A stretch of 64,000 nucleotides of DNA, from assembly GCA_964016885.1 (NCBI GenBank), contig OZ024743.1, positions 13,640,001-13,704,000 of the forward strand, written 5' to 3'. Below are positions 22,997 through 36,304 of the stretch, one piece after another; position 1 is the stretch's first letter, and every line of letters starts with the position of its first letter. Under the pieces are notes generated by a model. It did no database searches and had not been told where the DNA came from. It saw only the letters and a list, made by a program, of their open reading frames with translations. Source of the DNA: Eledone cirrhosa. Taxonomy: Eukaryota. Position numbers and translations under genes: made by a program.

Positions 22997-23180
22997 AAGG
23001 GCGGTGAATTGGCAGTATCGGTAGAGGGTCGGACATGCTTTCCAGCATAGTTATGACCCTTTACGGTATGAGTTCAAATCCCGCCGAGGTTAACTTTACC
23101 TTTCATCCTTACGGGGTCGATAAAATAAAGTACCAGTAATGTACTGTGTAATTGCTGGCCTTGTGCTAAAAGTAGAAACA
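22997..23180 (+). mobile_element. Full-length tRNA-derived SINE with 17-bp TSD
   Basis: A-box-like TGGCAGTATCGG, B-box-like GAGTTCAAATCCC, core CCTTTCATCCTTACGGGGTCGATAAA. TSD ATTATATTGTTTAACAC at 22980-22996 and 23181-23197. Confidence 0.9.
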
Positions 23181-24184
23181 ATTATATTGTTTAACACCGT
23201 TCACATAGATCATATTCTAACAGAAATAATCAATATCTTGAAAACACTTGCTTATTCCCCAAACTAGACATAACCTAACCTCACAATATGATGAACCGTA
23301 ATCGAACTTTTAATTTGCGGATTAAATTCCGCACTACGTAAAGTATTAATTTAACTTGGCCCAATACGCATGCATAACGCAAGTCGAATTCATTCACACG
23401 TACACATTATATACACATTATATATATACACACACACACACACAAAAAAAAAGACGTATATATTATAGACTAAACTACTTGCCTAGAACATAGTGTTGAA
23501 CAACAAACATAAAATATCCTTCACATTTATATAGTGTCCAAATAGTTCGTTCGTCCAATACGTTTGGAATGGTACATTTTAAATAGTATGAATTGAAATA
23601 ATGTCTTCGGAGTTTCATTTTATTGGTTTCCTTTCGGTCTTAAAATCTTAATAATCAACTAGCAAATTCACGCCAGAGTAAACAGAAAAACCACAAAATA
23701 CGACAGTAAGACAAGTGTTGTTAATGCTTCCAGAGAAATTTAAAGTGAATAATAGCAATGCTTTAGTTGTGAACAATTGATGACTTACAGAGGAATATTA
23801 CGATTGTCAGCGATTATAGGGTCGATTAATGTCGTTCATTGTTTCATTATTCAAGCTCAGTTTCCATTTAAACCAAATGTCTTTAATGCCAGTGCACACA
23901 CAGACAGACAAGCGCGCGCGCACACACACACACAAAGACACAAACACACAAACGCGTCCCTCCCCCAGACACACTATCACGCACACATATGTATGTATAT
24001 ATATATATCCAATAAATAAAAATGTTATACCGAAAAGGCTTCATGATGAATATAGATACACGACCAACGAATTAAGTAGAATCATCTCTATTAACACAAG
24101 TATAAGTGAGAGTAAAGTTTAATAACTTATTCCTCAAGTCAATGACAAATAATTTTATATGGATACACACATACATATATATAC

Positions 24185-24230
<46 letters not shown>

Positions 24231-24293
24231 GTGGAACACTGGAAGGTAATATCCGTAGTGGTAGAGCACTCAGTCCAAGGGACGAGTTAGGTA

Positions 24294-24598
24294 GAAGTGG
24301 TTACACAACAGTTAGTTCACCATACCGAGAACAATTGTTTCAGCTTAGCGGATCTTCAGCTCGGGATGTGCATGGTTATAGGAACAGGAAGGACAACCAT
24401 ACGAACGCGCATGCGCAGAAACTCGGTCACTTCAGCCACTTCGTCTAGTATTGCCTGTGTGAAGTGGACCGAGTTTCTGCGCATGCGCGTTCGTACGGTT
24501 GTCCTTCCTGTTCCTATAACCATGCACATCCCGAGCTGAAGATCCGCTAAGCTGAAACAATTGTTCTCGGTATGGTGAACTAACTGTTGTGTAACCAC

Positions 24599-24601
<3 letters not shown>
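24294..24601. mobile_element. Palindromic MITE / foldback element
   Basis: About 140-bp near-perfect inverted arms around a short spacer; TA on both sides (TA|GAAGTGG...CCACTTC|TA). Confidence 0.88.
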
Positions 24602-24644
<43 letters not shown>

Positions 24645-24646
24645 TT

Positions 24647-25503
24647 AAAAGGTAAACAGAAATAACAACACAATCAGTACTGCATATGGAAGGAATCCAT
24701 TAGGTTAACGCTTCAAATAGCAGGAATAGGGTCTTGACGGTTCGAATGCTAGTCCTACATTACAAGAAAGAATGAGAAATAACGCAGGTTCACGAGATTA
24801 AGGGTTTTTCCGGGTATCTTCATAAATAGAGAGAGAGAAAGAGATATTGGTATTAAGGGAGTAGTGAATATTTCCTGCTAAATAGGAAAGGTTTCTAAGT
24901 GTCTGCCCGTCCATTATTACACCCCTAGTACAACTAATACAGGCTGATTATATATGCTCACTCCAATTTTCCCTTCACTGCTCTGAATACACCCATACAT
25001 ACCCTTATATTAACATAATTTTGCTTATAGCTCCATACTTACATGCACACACACTCTTTTACTGACATATACACACACTCTTTTACTGACATATACACAC
25101 ACATTTCTTAGCTTCGTACGGACGTATAATAGCACGTGCGCACACACACATAATGCTTACGCACGTTCACAAGTATAGCTCTTTTTACAAAACGTTTTTT
25201 TTTTCCATTTCATGTAGACGCGCTACATCATCCACTTTTCTAAAAAATAAATCATACACAAAACGCCAGCACCAACAGTTTTGCAAAAGATATCAACATA
25301 AATGGACCTGTTATTTTTACGTAAATACATGTTTTCCAATTCCTATCCGCTCGTCCCCTCAATCTATCTTATTTCTCATTCTTTCCTCTGATGAAGGACT
25401 ACCGTTCGAAACGTTATGACCCTCTTCCTGCTATATCAAGCGTTAACCTAATATATCCCTTCCATATACTGTGCCGAGTGTGTTGTTATTTCTGTTTACC
25501 TTT
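24647..25503. repeat. Old inverted repeat pair (24647-24782 / 25369-25503), PLE pLTR-like
   Basis: Diverged reverse complements. The right arm holds CTGATGA-A-GGAC tacc GTTC-GAAACGTTA (25388-25416), a minimal hammerhead-like motif. Confidence 0.65.
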
Positions 25504-25504
25504 G

Positions 25505-25540
<36 letters not shown>

Positions 25541-25604
25541 GTGTGTGTGTGTATGTGTGTGTGTATGTGCCTTCGTGTGTGTGTGTTTATATATGTGTGT
25601 GTGT

Positions 25605-25852
25605 CTGTGACCAGTGTCTATAAACAGCCTACTTGTGAAATTAACATGCAAGTGGCTGAGCATTGCACGGACACGCGAACCGTTTACCTTGTTCTGGGGG
25701 AGATTCAGTGGGAGACAGAGGGTGACGAGTCTGGACCTTCGAATTACAGGTGCAACGCACTTTTGCCAGGTGAAATAAAGTGTCTTGCTCAAGGACACAA
25801 AGCGCCGCCGGGAATAGAACTTTTAATTGTGAGACGAATACCGTAACCATGC
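25605..25852 (-). mobile_element. Second SINE family with CORE-like central motif
   Basis: Minus strand reads GTTCTATTCCCGG..GTGTCCTTGAGCAAGACACTTTATTTCAC. Confidence 0.7.
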
Positions 25853-26009
25853 ACTTTCACACACGTAAATACATATATAAACACACCCGCTTATGTATAT
25901 ATACAAACACAAAAACACACACATACATACATATAAACACGCACACGAACTCATATATTCAAGCACACAGGCAGACGCACAAATACATATATATAAACAC
26001 ACATACAGG

Positions 26010-26490
26010 TACGTTATTCCGGGTTGAATCGGAGGTAACCACAGTAAGTAAGGTACTCAATGCATAGCAGAGTATAAAAGTTTTAATATAGATGAGATTC
26101 TACAGGACTAGAACTGTTTCATTCTTTAGAAATCATCAGGAATCTGGGTATCACAAAATAAATATGGTATTTATAGGTCTCTTCAGGTGGTAGGAGAGGG
26201 TAGCGTGTGGGATGGGTACAGGTCATTGGTTGATAGAAAAGGGAATGCCCATACCCACTCCTTCAGGAGACCGGACAAATCAAACCAGACAACACTCGCC
26301 TCCTATGTTTGGGACCTCAAAAGGAACTCCACCCCCTTCACACTTAAATGGAAAATACTCCAGAAAGCGCGCTCTTACAACGAAGGACACAAGGGCTGCG
26401 AAATATTATTCGCCAAGGCGCCGCTACTGAACAAACTCTCTAAACACTGCCCGAACTGCATGCACAAGAACTTTGCAACTTTCAAATAAA
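26010..26490 (+). mobile_element. PLE fragment: inverted pLTR piece plus GIY-YIG C-terminus
   Basis: HTHSFRRPDKSNQTTLASYVWDLK..LKWKILQKARSY..C..CMHK. Segment 26010-26240 matches 30455-30685. Confidence 0.75.
26095..26145 (-). ncRNA. Type I hammerhead ribozyme
   Basis: AGATTC-CTGATGA-tTTCtaaaGAAt-GAAACAG ttctagtc CTGTA-GAATCT. Confidence 0.85.
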
Positions 26491-26760
26491 TTAAGCCAGT
26501 GTTAATGCCCGATGGCTAAAAACGATTTCCTCCTTTTAGGCCCTCTACCTCCTTACCACCCCACGCCCACCCCTCCTCAACCTGAAATACGGCCACTATG
26601 GTTATGTGAGTACCACTTAACTATATGCATTTTCTGCCTGTAGAGCTGTTTTTATGTGCCTGTGTATATGCGTATATTTATGAGTACTTATTTGTGTATA
26701 TATATATATATATATATGTGTCTGTGTATGAGTATGAATGTGTATACATATATATGTGTG

Positions 26761-26847
<87 letters not shown>

Positions 26848-26890
26848 GTGTATATGTAAATATGTATGTATTTATATATATGTATATATG

Positions 26891-26925
<35 letters not shown>

Positions 26926-27084
26926 ATATATGTATATGTGTGTATATGTATGTATTTGTGTATGTGTGTATATATGTGTATGTGTATGTGTATGTATGTG
27001 TGTGTATATGTGTGTATATATGTATATATATATGTGTATATATATACATATATACACACATATACACACACATACATATATATA

Positions 27085-29245
27085 TAAAATAAAGATAAAG
27101 ATACTGACAAAAATAAAAGCGAAGAAGGGGGTGAGAAAGAAGAAAAGAAAAGATAGCCAAGAAGGGGAGGGAAGGAAGGAGCCACTTAGGCCTAGTACCC
27201 CCACATTTAACCTCAAGGACCACAAGGTAAATTTTGATTATAACCCCCAATTAGACTTATATGCCCGTCCAAATCGGACATCAGTAAAATTAGTAAACAT
27301 ATATTAGACAGAGTCATAGCACAAATAATCTAGTGATTAAACTATGGGGTAACGCTACCGAAACAATTAAGTGGTTTAACAATATAGCTAACAAAGAAGT
27401 ATCTAAATTTATACAAGCTGACATTAACGATTATTACTCATCTATATCCCCCAACACCTTGGATAAAGCCTTATCATTCGCCAAAGCCAATTCTGACATA
27501 ACAGACGACGAGATAAATATCCTATTAGCTGCTAGGAAAACAATAATTAAATTTGAAAACGCCTATCGGGAACGTAAGGATAGATTAAATAACTTTGACA
27601 TCACGATGGGGGCCAACGACTCGGCTCAAGTCACATATTTAGTAGGTATTTACATAGCCCATAGTTTACAAAGTGAGTTTAGCGACCATCACGGTGGAAT
27701 CTACAGAGACGACGCCCATATCCTACTTAAGAACCTAAATAACCAGAGCATAGAAAGACTCCGTAAGAATATTAGAAAGACTCTCGGAAAACTAGGCCTT
27801 AGCATAACGTATGAGTATATCACTAAAACAGTTAACTTTCTAGACGCGACGCTTAACCTAAATACGGGACTTATAAGACCTTTTCACAAGATTAATGACA
27901 ACTTAGCATACATCAACTGTAACTCAAACCACCCACTATCCATAATTAAATCCATTCCACGCAGCATGTCCCTTAGGATCTCCCGCCTCTCCTCTAACCA
28001 ACAAATCTTCGAAGAACATGCAGAATACTTCAATACCGCATTAGACAAGCCAGGCCACTTAGATAGAGTAGAATGTATAGATGAAAGCCTCCGTGAAGCG
28101 CACACGAACACGCATAACACAAACACCGGTAACACACGCACACACGCACTTACGCATAGAACTGCAAAGTATACGGCAAATAGAAATACAACATCGAAAT
28201 CAAACAAGTCACGCAGTAGAAAATATATTTGGTATAACCCCATATTTAACACCTCTATTAGTACTAACCTACCCTCTACTTTCTTTAGAATAATAAATAA
28301 GCACTTTCCAGATTCACATAGATACAGCAAAATCCTTAACACTAAATCTATTAGTCTATCTTACTCCACGGCACCAAATATAGAGGCACACATTAAGATG
28401 CTTAACGCTAAAAGATACATAACAACACCAAAACACACATTTACAACAATAACAATACAATCACCACCGAACACAACAGAATATCTAATACACAACCACC
28501 CGCTAATAGGCAAACAAAACGTAACACACTTGTACAGGCATCGCAGCCCACAAATAATGCCAAAGTTGCCCATGACAAGAACTGTAACTGCCACCTACCT
28601 GAAACCTGTCCATTACATAATGAATGTATGCATCTAACCTGGTTTACCAATGCACAGTGGAATCAGACAACCAGAAGTAGTATTACATCGGAGCGACTGG
28701 GAATACATATAAAGCCCGTTGGTATATACACCGTTACGCAATGAAATATTCCCAGACCGTTATGTAACTACGCTTGCAAACAAGACTTGCAACTGAGGGA
28801 AAGTAACCATCAATACACCATGAAGTGGAAAAAATTATCGAACGCGCCCCCATATCGGAGTGGTATGAGGAGCTGTCGATTATGCGACCTTGAGCTGTTC
28901 CCCATCTTAAGTTCGAAAAATAAGTTACTCAACAATAAAATCGAAAGATCAATTTATTGTAACCATAGACACAAAGAGAGGTTTTCGCACTACAAATCGA
29001 ACCCTTAACCTCTTACTACCAACTGACAAACTGCATATACTTAGACATTATACCCTCTTGTTGTATCTAAACCCTTTTAATTACCCACAAAACCAATACA
29101 AATATCCCCCACTTCTCCCTCATTCCTCTTCTATTTCTTCGTTTTATCCTTCCTTCCCTCCCCTTCTTGGCTATCTTTTCTTTTCTTCTTTCTCACCCCC
29201 TTCTTTGCTTTTATTTTTGTCATTATTATATTTATCTTTATTGTA
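27085..29245 (+). mobile_element. 5'-truncated Penelope-like element with about 100-bp inverted terminal repeats
   Basis: 27085-27180 is the reverse complement of 29146-29245. RT and GIY-YIG coding remnants span 27185-29008. Confidence 0.9.
27333..28637 (+). pseudogene. PLE RT plus linker (YRDD)
   Basis: DINDYYSSI, FDITMGANDSAQV, GIYRDDA, VNFLD, RKYIWYNP. GIY-YIG continues in other frames to 29008. Confidence 0.88.
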
Positions 29246-29322
29246 TATATATATATATATATATAAATTAATAAAATAATGAATAAACAAAGAAACAGTT
29301 CCTTATATTAAAAAAATTCATC

Positions 29323-29454
29323 ATTTTACGATCGTTTCTAGGATATATATGTGTTAGAGTTGGTATGCATATTCTATAGATCTATGTACAATATTTATAC
29401 AAACTATCAGAGGGAATATACATACCTACACATATATATGCTGTCTTCAGAAAT
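29323..29454 (-). ncRNA. Hammerhead-like ribozyme with 105-nt helix II
   Basis: ATTT-CTGAAGA-[long hairpin: ATATATATGTGT/ACACATATATAT, GGTATGTATATTC/GAATATGCATACC]-GAAAC GATC GTA-AAAT. Confidence 0.7.
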
Positions 29455-30304
29455 AATGATATTTGTTTATTGAAAAAAACAAAGATTCAATACAATAGGT
29501 CTGTTTGGGAACAGGTTTTGAATTGACCAATAGAGAGATAGTGAGGGTCAAGATAGTAATATAGTAGTAGAAGAACCTTAAATTATGGTAAGAGGAGGGT
29601 AGATTTCAGTTTTGGATGGAAAAGAATATTATGAATGAAGGATTATTTTAGGGAAGAAATAGGTCGTATGCTGACCTCAGAAATAATTTTATTTGTTCAT
29701 TGAATAAAACCAACAAAGATCTAATGTATTCTGTCTGTTTGGTAAGTGGTTTAGAATTAACCAATAGAAAGTTAATAATTGGCCAAATGGTAAAATAGTA
29801 GTAATTGAAGCTTATTTTAGGGATGAAAATAGGTCAGGTGGTCAGTAAAAGGTATACAAGCAGTTGCTGTTATAAAATAGTAAAGCCAATGCAAATATCT
29901 AAGGTGACTAAAGTTTTACGATAAGAATGTTAGTGAAAAAAATACATCTATGAAAAGATTATAAATTAATTTAATTAATGGGTATATTTATATTGATAAA
30001 ATTATACTATATTCCTACCTCTTTCCCCTTCCTCTCTCTCTATACTATTCCGTTTGTCCCCTCACCTTCTGATTCCTCTCTCTCTATACTAGTAAATACA
30101 ATTCCAAATAAACGTTTTTCTCTATATATTAAGAATTATTTCAAGAGTAACTTACTATTTTGAAAATTTGCACTGTGAACAACAATTATATTTGAGTGGC
30201 TGCTATTTGCAGTATAGCAATATAAGGTTGCACTTACCAATGAAACGGTCGTAAATACCTGGATAAAATCCTTCTCTCAATGCTTACCTGTGTTTTCTCT
30301 TTTA

Positions 30305-30356
<52 letters not shown>

Positions 30357-30405
30357 GCAAACACACATATATATATATATTATATATATATATACACAAA
30401 CATAT

Positions 30406-30454
<49 letters not shown>

Positions 30455-30455
<1 letters not shown>

Positions 30456-31030
30456 GTTATTCCGGGTTGAATCGGAGGTAACCACAGTAAGTAAGGTACT
30501 CAAAACATTGCAGAGTATAAAAGTTTTAATATAGATGAGATTCTACAGGACTAGAACTGTTTCATTCTTTAGAAATCATCAGGAATCTGTGTATCAAAAA
30601 ATAAGTATGGTATTTATAGGTCTCTTCAAGTGGTAGGAGAGGGTAGGGAGTGGGATGGGTGTAGGTCATTGGTTGATAGAATAGGGAATTCATTAAAAGC
30701 TAATTCTTCAAAGCTATAGTTTATTTTTAGAGTAACAAAGGCAGAAAGAATTCTATAAACAAGTTCAGGAAGGGGTGCCACTCATTATTTTTAAGTTTCT
30801 CTTAAGCTAACAGGTGTCTATAAGATCAGTTGAGGTCAGTCATGGTTCATAGATTTAAAGGAAAGGGAGATTCTTTAAAAGCTAAATTCTTTAAGGTTGT
30901 ACTAAGTGACAAAGGCCTAGAGAATTCTGTAGACAAATTCAAAATATTGAGTGCATATCATACGATTATCTGCAAATTTCTCTTAAACTATTCAACTATA
31001 TGCCAAAAATCAACAGACACATTCACAAAC
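30455..31030 (-). repeat. PLE pLTR-like segment, inverted relative to 37500-38020
   Basis: Diverged reverse complement of 37500-38020; contains a hammerhead. Confidence 0.8.
30538..30588 (-). ncRNA. Type I hammerhead ribozyme
   Basis: Same sequence as 26095-26145 and 37942-37992. Confidence 0.85.
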
Positions 31031-31058
31031 ACACTCACGCGCACCCACAAACAACCAC

Positions 31059-31107
<49 letters not shown>

Positions 31108-31184
31108 TATATATATATATATATATGTGTGTATGTGTATATGTATGTGTATGTGTATATGTATGTGTATATGTATGTGTATGT

Positions 31185-31234
<50 letters not shown>

Positions 31235-31871
31235 ACATACACATACATATACACATACATATACACATACACACACATAGACACACACATATATATATAT
31301 ATATATATACATATTTATTAAATAACATAATAGAGCGATCGTTATACTGTAACCATCGCTTAAAATCCACATTTTCATATTACAAATACTACCAGGATTG
31401 AACGCCTGTCTCCATCTCCGTTTGATTGTCAAAATACATATTAACATTCTCTATTAGTCTTAATTCTATCAACTCTTCTATTATTTACCATTTAATACAA
31501 ACTGCTATAGATAAAATGAGATTTCAGATTTCTTGATTCAATTCCCTAATGCATATACCAGCTGGCTACTAGCATTGATGTCATTTAGTAGCAATCGAAA
31601 TCTCCCCCTTTCCCCAATTGACACTTTATAATTAATACTACTGCACCAAATGACCAGCCCTGTCCACTGTCCAGTTGGTCAAGTAGAGATTAAAATTGGC
31701 ACTCCCAAAATTCTTATTTAAATTTACTCATGGTATTCTCATTAGAAACCCATTAGATACTTGTTTAGCAGTAAATTAATTTACCATCTGTCATATACTA
31801 TCCCCTCTGTTCCTTCCTCCTTTACTAATATAAATACTTCAATGTTTCTGATTTTATCCAATTTATCCAAA

Positions 31872-31988
31872 ATCTCTGAAGAAGTGACAACTGATTATAC
31901 ATTTGCTATCGAATACTTGCTAACATTATATGATTACGCAAGCAGCGATACATAGGTATTCGGTCTGTTACAGAAACATATGTCAATA
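31872..31988 (+). ncRNA. Hammerhead-like motif with 90-nt helix II (5' pLTR)
   Basis: CTGAAGA 31876-31882; hairpin GTGACA/TGTTAC, ACTGA/TCGGT, ATCG/CGAT, TTGC/GCAA; GAAAC ATAT GTC 31973-31984. Helix I weak. Confidence 0.55.
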
Positions 31989-32199
31989 CCTAATAAATTC
32001 CTTTTTTAACAAAAGCACTTTCATTTTATATTCATCCTTTCTACATTTTCTCCGGAATATAATTTATACTCGTTGAGCCAACCTGCACGTACGCTGTTCA
32101 TCTCTAACGTAACGATATATTATCACTACATTATTGATAACCTGAAATTTTATTAATCTCCTACACAGTTGAGCAACTAATTCAGCATACGCCTCTAAA

Positions 32200-34515
32200 A
32201 TGGAGAGGCACCAATTGGATATGTCGTTAAAAAACATACCTATTCAGGCAAAAAGGGAATATATTCTAGGTATGATACGAAGGACCAATGATTTTATTCG
32301 ACGAATCAGATGGAAAACATTCCATTTTGACAAAAGCCGTATAAACCAAACATCGGATCTTAACAAGGATAAATTTGGATTTAAATCTTACAAGAACCCA
32401 CCCTCAAACCCACTTTTGGATGCATTTGAACAAGACCTAATGGATATGATCATGGAGATCAAATTTACAAAACGGAAGAACAATAAACTACAGAATGACA
32501 TCACGGCACTGCTCAATAATCTAAAAAACGCCAATGGAATTATTGTTAGAGCAGACAAAACATCAAACGTATATACCATGGATGTGGACACTTACAATAA
32601 CTTCATCCGTAAGGAATTGCATAAAAAATACAGGAAAACTAATGAAGCTACACTTAAAAACATCAACAACTCGGCATGTGATATTGTTAAAAAACTTTGT
32701 ATTGACGATAGAACGCAACCCTTAACACCAGCTATACCTTCCTTCAACCTGAAGGACCACAAGGTAAACTTCGATACTAACCCTAATATTAGACTTATAT
32801 GCCCCTCTAAATCTGATATAGGCAAAATTAGCAAATATATACTAGACAGAATTATCCCCCAAGTTAAGGTTAAAGTAGAGATTAAACTATGGGGTAACAC
32901 TCATGAAGCAATAAGATGGTTTAATAACATTACTGATAAGAAAAAATCAAAATTTATTCAGTTTGATATTGATGAATATTATTCCTCAATTTCACCTGAT
33001 ACTCTACATGAAGCTCTTTCGTTCGCTAAGGATAATTCCGACCTTACGGATGCTGAAATTAAAATTATTATGGAAGCGAGGAAAACTATAGTTAAATTCG
33101 ATGATAGCTACTGGGTTCGCAAAGATAGACCTTCTAATTTTGATATCACTATGGGTTCTAATGATTCGGCGGAAGTAACAGATCTTGTGGGAATTTATAT
33201 CACCCACAGATTACAAGGAAAATTCAAGGATCTCCACGGTGGAATCTACCGTGACGATGCGCTCCTATTAGTTAAGCATATGAATAACCAGAATTTAGAA
33301 AGGATGCGTAAAAATATCAGAAAGCTTTTTAAGGAACTAGGATTAAATATTACATTTGAATATAACCTCAAAGAGGTCAATTTCCTTGATGTTACTTTCA
33401 ATCTCAATACAGATACGATTAAACCGTTCCATAAACTAAATGAGAACCTTAAATATGTAAATATGAGTTCTAATCATCCACTCTCTATAATTAAATCCAT
33501 CCCTAGAAATGTTTCTCTTAGGATCTCCCGCCTGTCGTCCAACCAACAAACCTTCAAAGAACATGCCGAGTATTATGATGATGCACTTAGGAAAGCCGGT
33601 CACCTAGATAATATAGATTATATAGTCAAAGATCACCAAAACACCCAAAATAAATCACATAGGAGTAGAAATAGCACAGAATCACCACCATACATACACT
33701 ACCGCAATAGACACAATAATAGTCGCACACCACCAAACAGAAGGCGATGTAAGGAGTATATACAACCCGGTCTATAACAACTCTATTAAAACCAATCTAC
33801 CCTCAAAATTCTTTCGATTAGTTAAAAAACACTTTCCAACATCACATAAATATAATAAAATCTTAAACCCTAACACTATTCGACTTTCATATTCAACCGC
33901 CCCTAATATTGAACAACATATAAAAAAGGTTAACGCAAAACGGTTGTATAAACGCCTTCCAACACATAACAATACACGTAAAACATTAGCTATAACATCA
34001 CAAAACAACAAACAACATCCTGTCCTACATAAGCAACCTCATCAACCCATCCATGGCAATACAACAACGCAAAATTATAATTGCAACTGTGTCCAACCAG
34101 GAATGTGTCCGTTGAACAATCACTGTCTTGAACGCAACATCGTATACAAATGTACTATCGAATCGGATAGACAGAAGTGGTACTATGTGGGATCTACAGC
34201 CACCTCCTTCAAATCACGCCTTTATAGACATCGTTACTCGATAAAACATGAAAACCAGCGTTATGTAACAACACTTGCAGACAAGGCTTGGCAGCTGCGT
34301 GAAAATAACCAACAATTTCACCTAAAATGGGATATAATAGCGGCTGCCCCCCCCCATATTCCCATGGACAGGAATTTTGTAAATTATGTAATGTAGAATT
34401 ATTTTGTATTATGAAATCCAAAAACATTTTATTAAATAACAGAATAGAGCGATCGTTATACTGTAACCATCGCTTAAAATCTACATTTTCATATTATAAA
34501 TACTACCAGGACTGA
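32200..34515 (+). pseudogene. PLE polyprotein (N-terminal region, RT, Cys linker, GIY-YIG) with about two frameshifts
   Basis: SLKNIP, IVRADKTSNVY, LKDHK, FDIDEYYSSI, GIYRDDA, CNCVQPGMCPLNNHCL, NIVYKC..YVGST..FKSRL, CKLCNVE, CNHR. Frame breaks near 33770 and in the C-run near 34350. Confidence 0.92.
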
Positions 34516-34985
34516 ACGCCTGTCTCTATCCCCGTTTGATTGTCAAAATAGATATTAACATTCTTTATGAGTCTTAATTCTATCAACTCTTCTATTATTT
34601 ACCTTTTAATACAAACTGCTATAGATAAAATGAGATTTCTGATTTCTTGATTCAATTCCCTAATGCATATACCAGCTGGCTACTAGCATTGATGTTATTT
34701 AGTAGCAATCGAAATCTCCCCCTTTCCCCAATTGACACTTTATAATTAATACTACTGTACCAAATGACCAGCCCTGTCCACTGTCCAGTTGGTCAAGTAG
34801 AGATTAAAATTGGCACTCCCAAAATTCTTATTTAAATTTACTCATGGTATTCTCATTAGAAACCCATTAGATACTTGTTTAGCAGTAAATTAATTTACCA
34901 TCTGTCATATACTATCCCCTCTGTTCCTTCCTCCTTTACTAATATAAATACTTCAATTTTTCTGATTTTATCCAATTTATCCAAA

Positions 34986-35102
34986 ATCTCTGAAGAAGTG
35001 ACAACTGATTATACATTTGCTATCGAATACTTGCTAACATTATATGATTACGCAAGCAGCGATACATAGGTATTCGGTCTGTTACAGAAACATATGTCAA
35101 TA
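34986..35102 (+). ncRNA. Same hammerhead-like motif (3' pLTR)
   Basis: CTGAAGA 34990-34996; GAAACATATGTC 35087-35098. Confidence 0.55.
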
Positions 35103-35259
35103 CCTAATAAATTCCTTTTTTAACAAAAGCACTTTCATTTTATATTCATCCTTTCTACATTTTCTCCGGAATATAATTTATACTCTTTGAGCAAACCTGC
35201 ACGTACGCTGTTCATCTCTAACGTAACGATATATTATCACTACATTATTGATAACCTGA

Positions 35260-35312
<53 letters not shown>

Positions 35313-35660
35313 TATAGACACATATACATACGCATACATACACACATACATGTATATACATACATACACACATACATATATATACACACATATACATACA
35401 TATATACACTTATACATGCATGCATATATACATATATATATATACACACACACGCATATATATATATATGTGTGTGTGTGTATATATATATGTATAGATG
35501 TATATATATATGTATATATGCATGCGTGTATATGTTTATATATGTATATATATGTATGTGTGTACGTATATACATGTATGTGTGTATGTATGTGTATGTA
35601 TATGTGTCTGTATGTGTATATATATCTATATATATATACATGTGTGTGTGTGTATAAATT

Positions 35661-35711
<51 letters not shown>

Positions 35712-35768
35712 TTATATGTATACATGTGTGCATATGTGAGTATATATATGTATATATATATATATGTG

Positions 35769-36263
35769 TGACTTTGGACATCCTCCAGGACTAAAAACAA
35801 AACCTGTCAAAGGGCAAAGACCTCTTAAGAGTCAATGGCCATCCAAAATCACCGGGAGAGATGACCCCTTAGCCTTTGTCAAGGCAGAATTCTAGGAGAA
35901 GGAAAACTCTGATATAACACCTGCAACCCTGATGGTATCCAATGATGTTGACTTGTTCTTCTTTTTGGTAAATATCATCTTGGTTAAGAGAGTGGGACTG
36001 GCTTTGTGCAGTGCCTTTGCTCACTATAAAAGCTTCACGGCACAGGCATTGCTTTATATCTGGAGATCTCTCTGCACTTGTCGTCACATGGTACCATGGG
36101 CCCAGCACTATGTGTCAATAATTGTCACAAGTGTAGTGTTTGTACCAGAGTTTTCAAGTCGCTGGCTGGACTAAAAAGTCACACTCGTTCAGCGCATCGG
36201 TAGGGGTTCTCCTAGATGGATATAAAGTAGTGGCCGTACTCGAAAACGAGTTGGCAGCCACCA

Positions 36264-36304
<41 letters not shown>

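Larger units (their letters stand above)
31314..35267 (+). mobile_element. Near-complete Penelope-like element with 840-bp direct pseudo-LTRs
   Basis: 31314-32153 and 34428-35267 are near-identical direct repeats that include the ORF 3' end (classic pLTR). The ORF lies between them. Confidence 0.95.

Noticed and set aside
26625-27307. YI/CV/TH-repeat ORFs (also at 16.5, 22.5, 31, 35.5 and 49 kb)
   Set aside because: (TA)n/(CA)n microsatellite artefacts.
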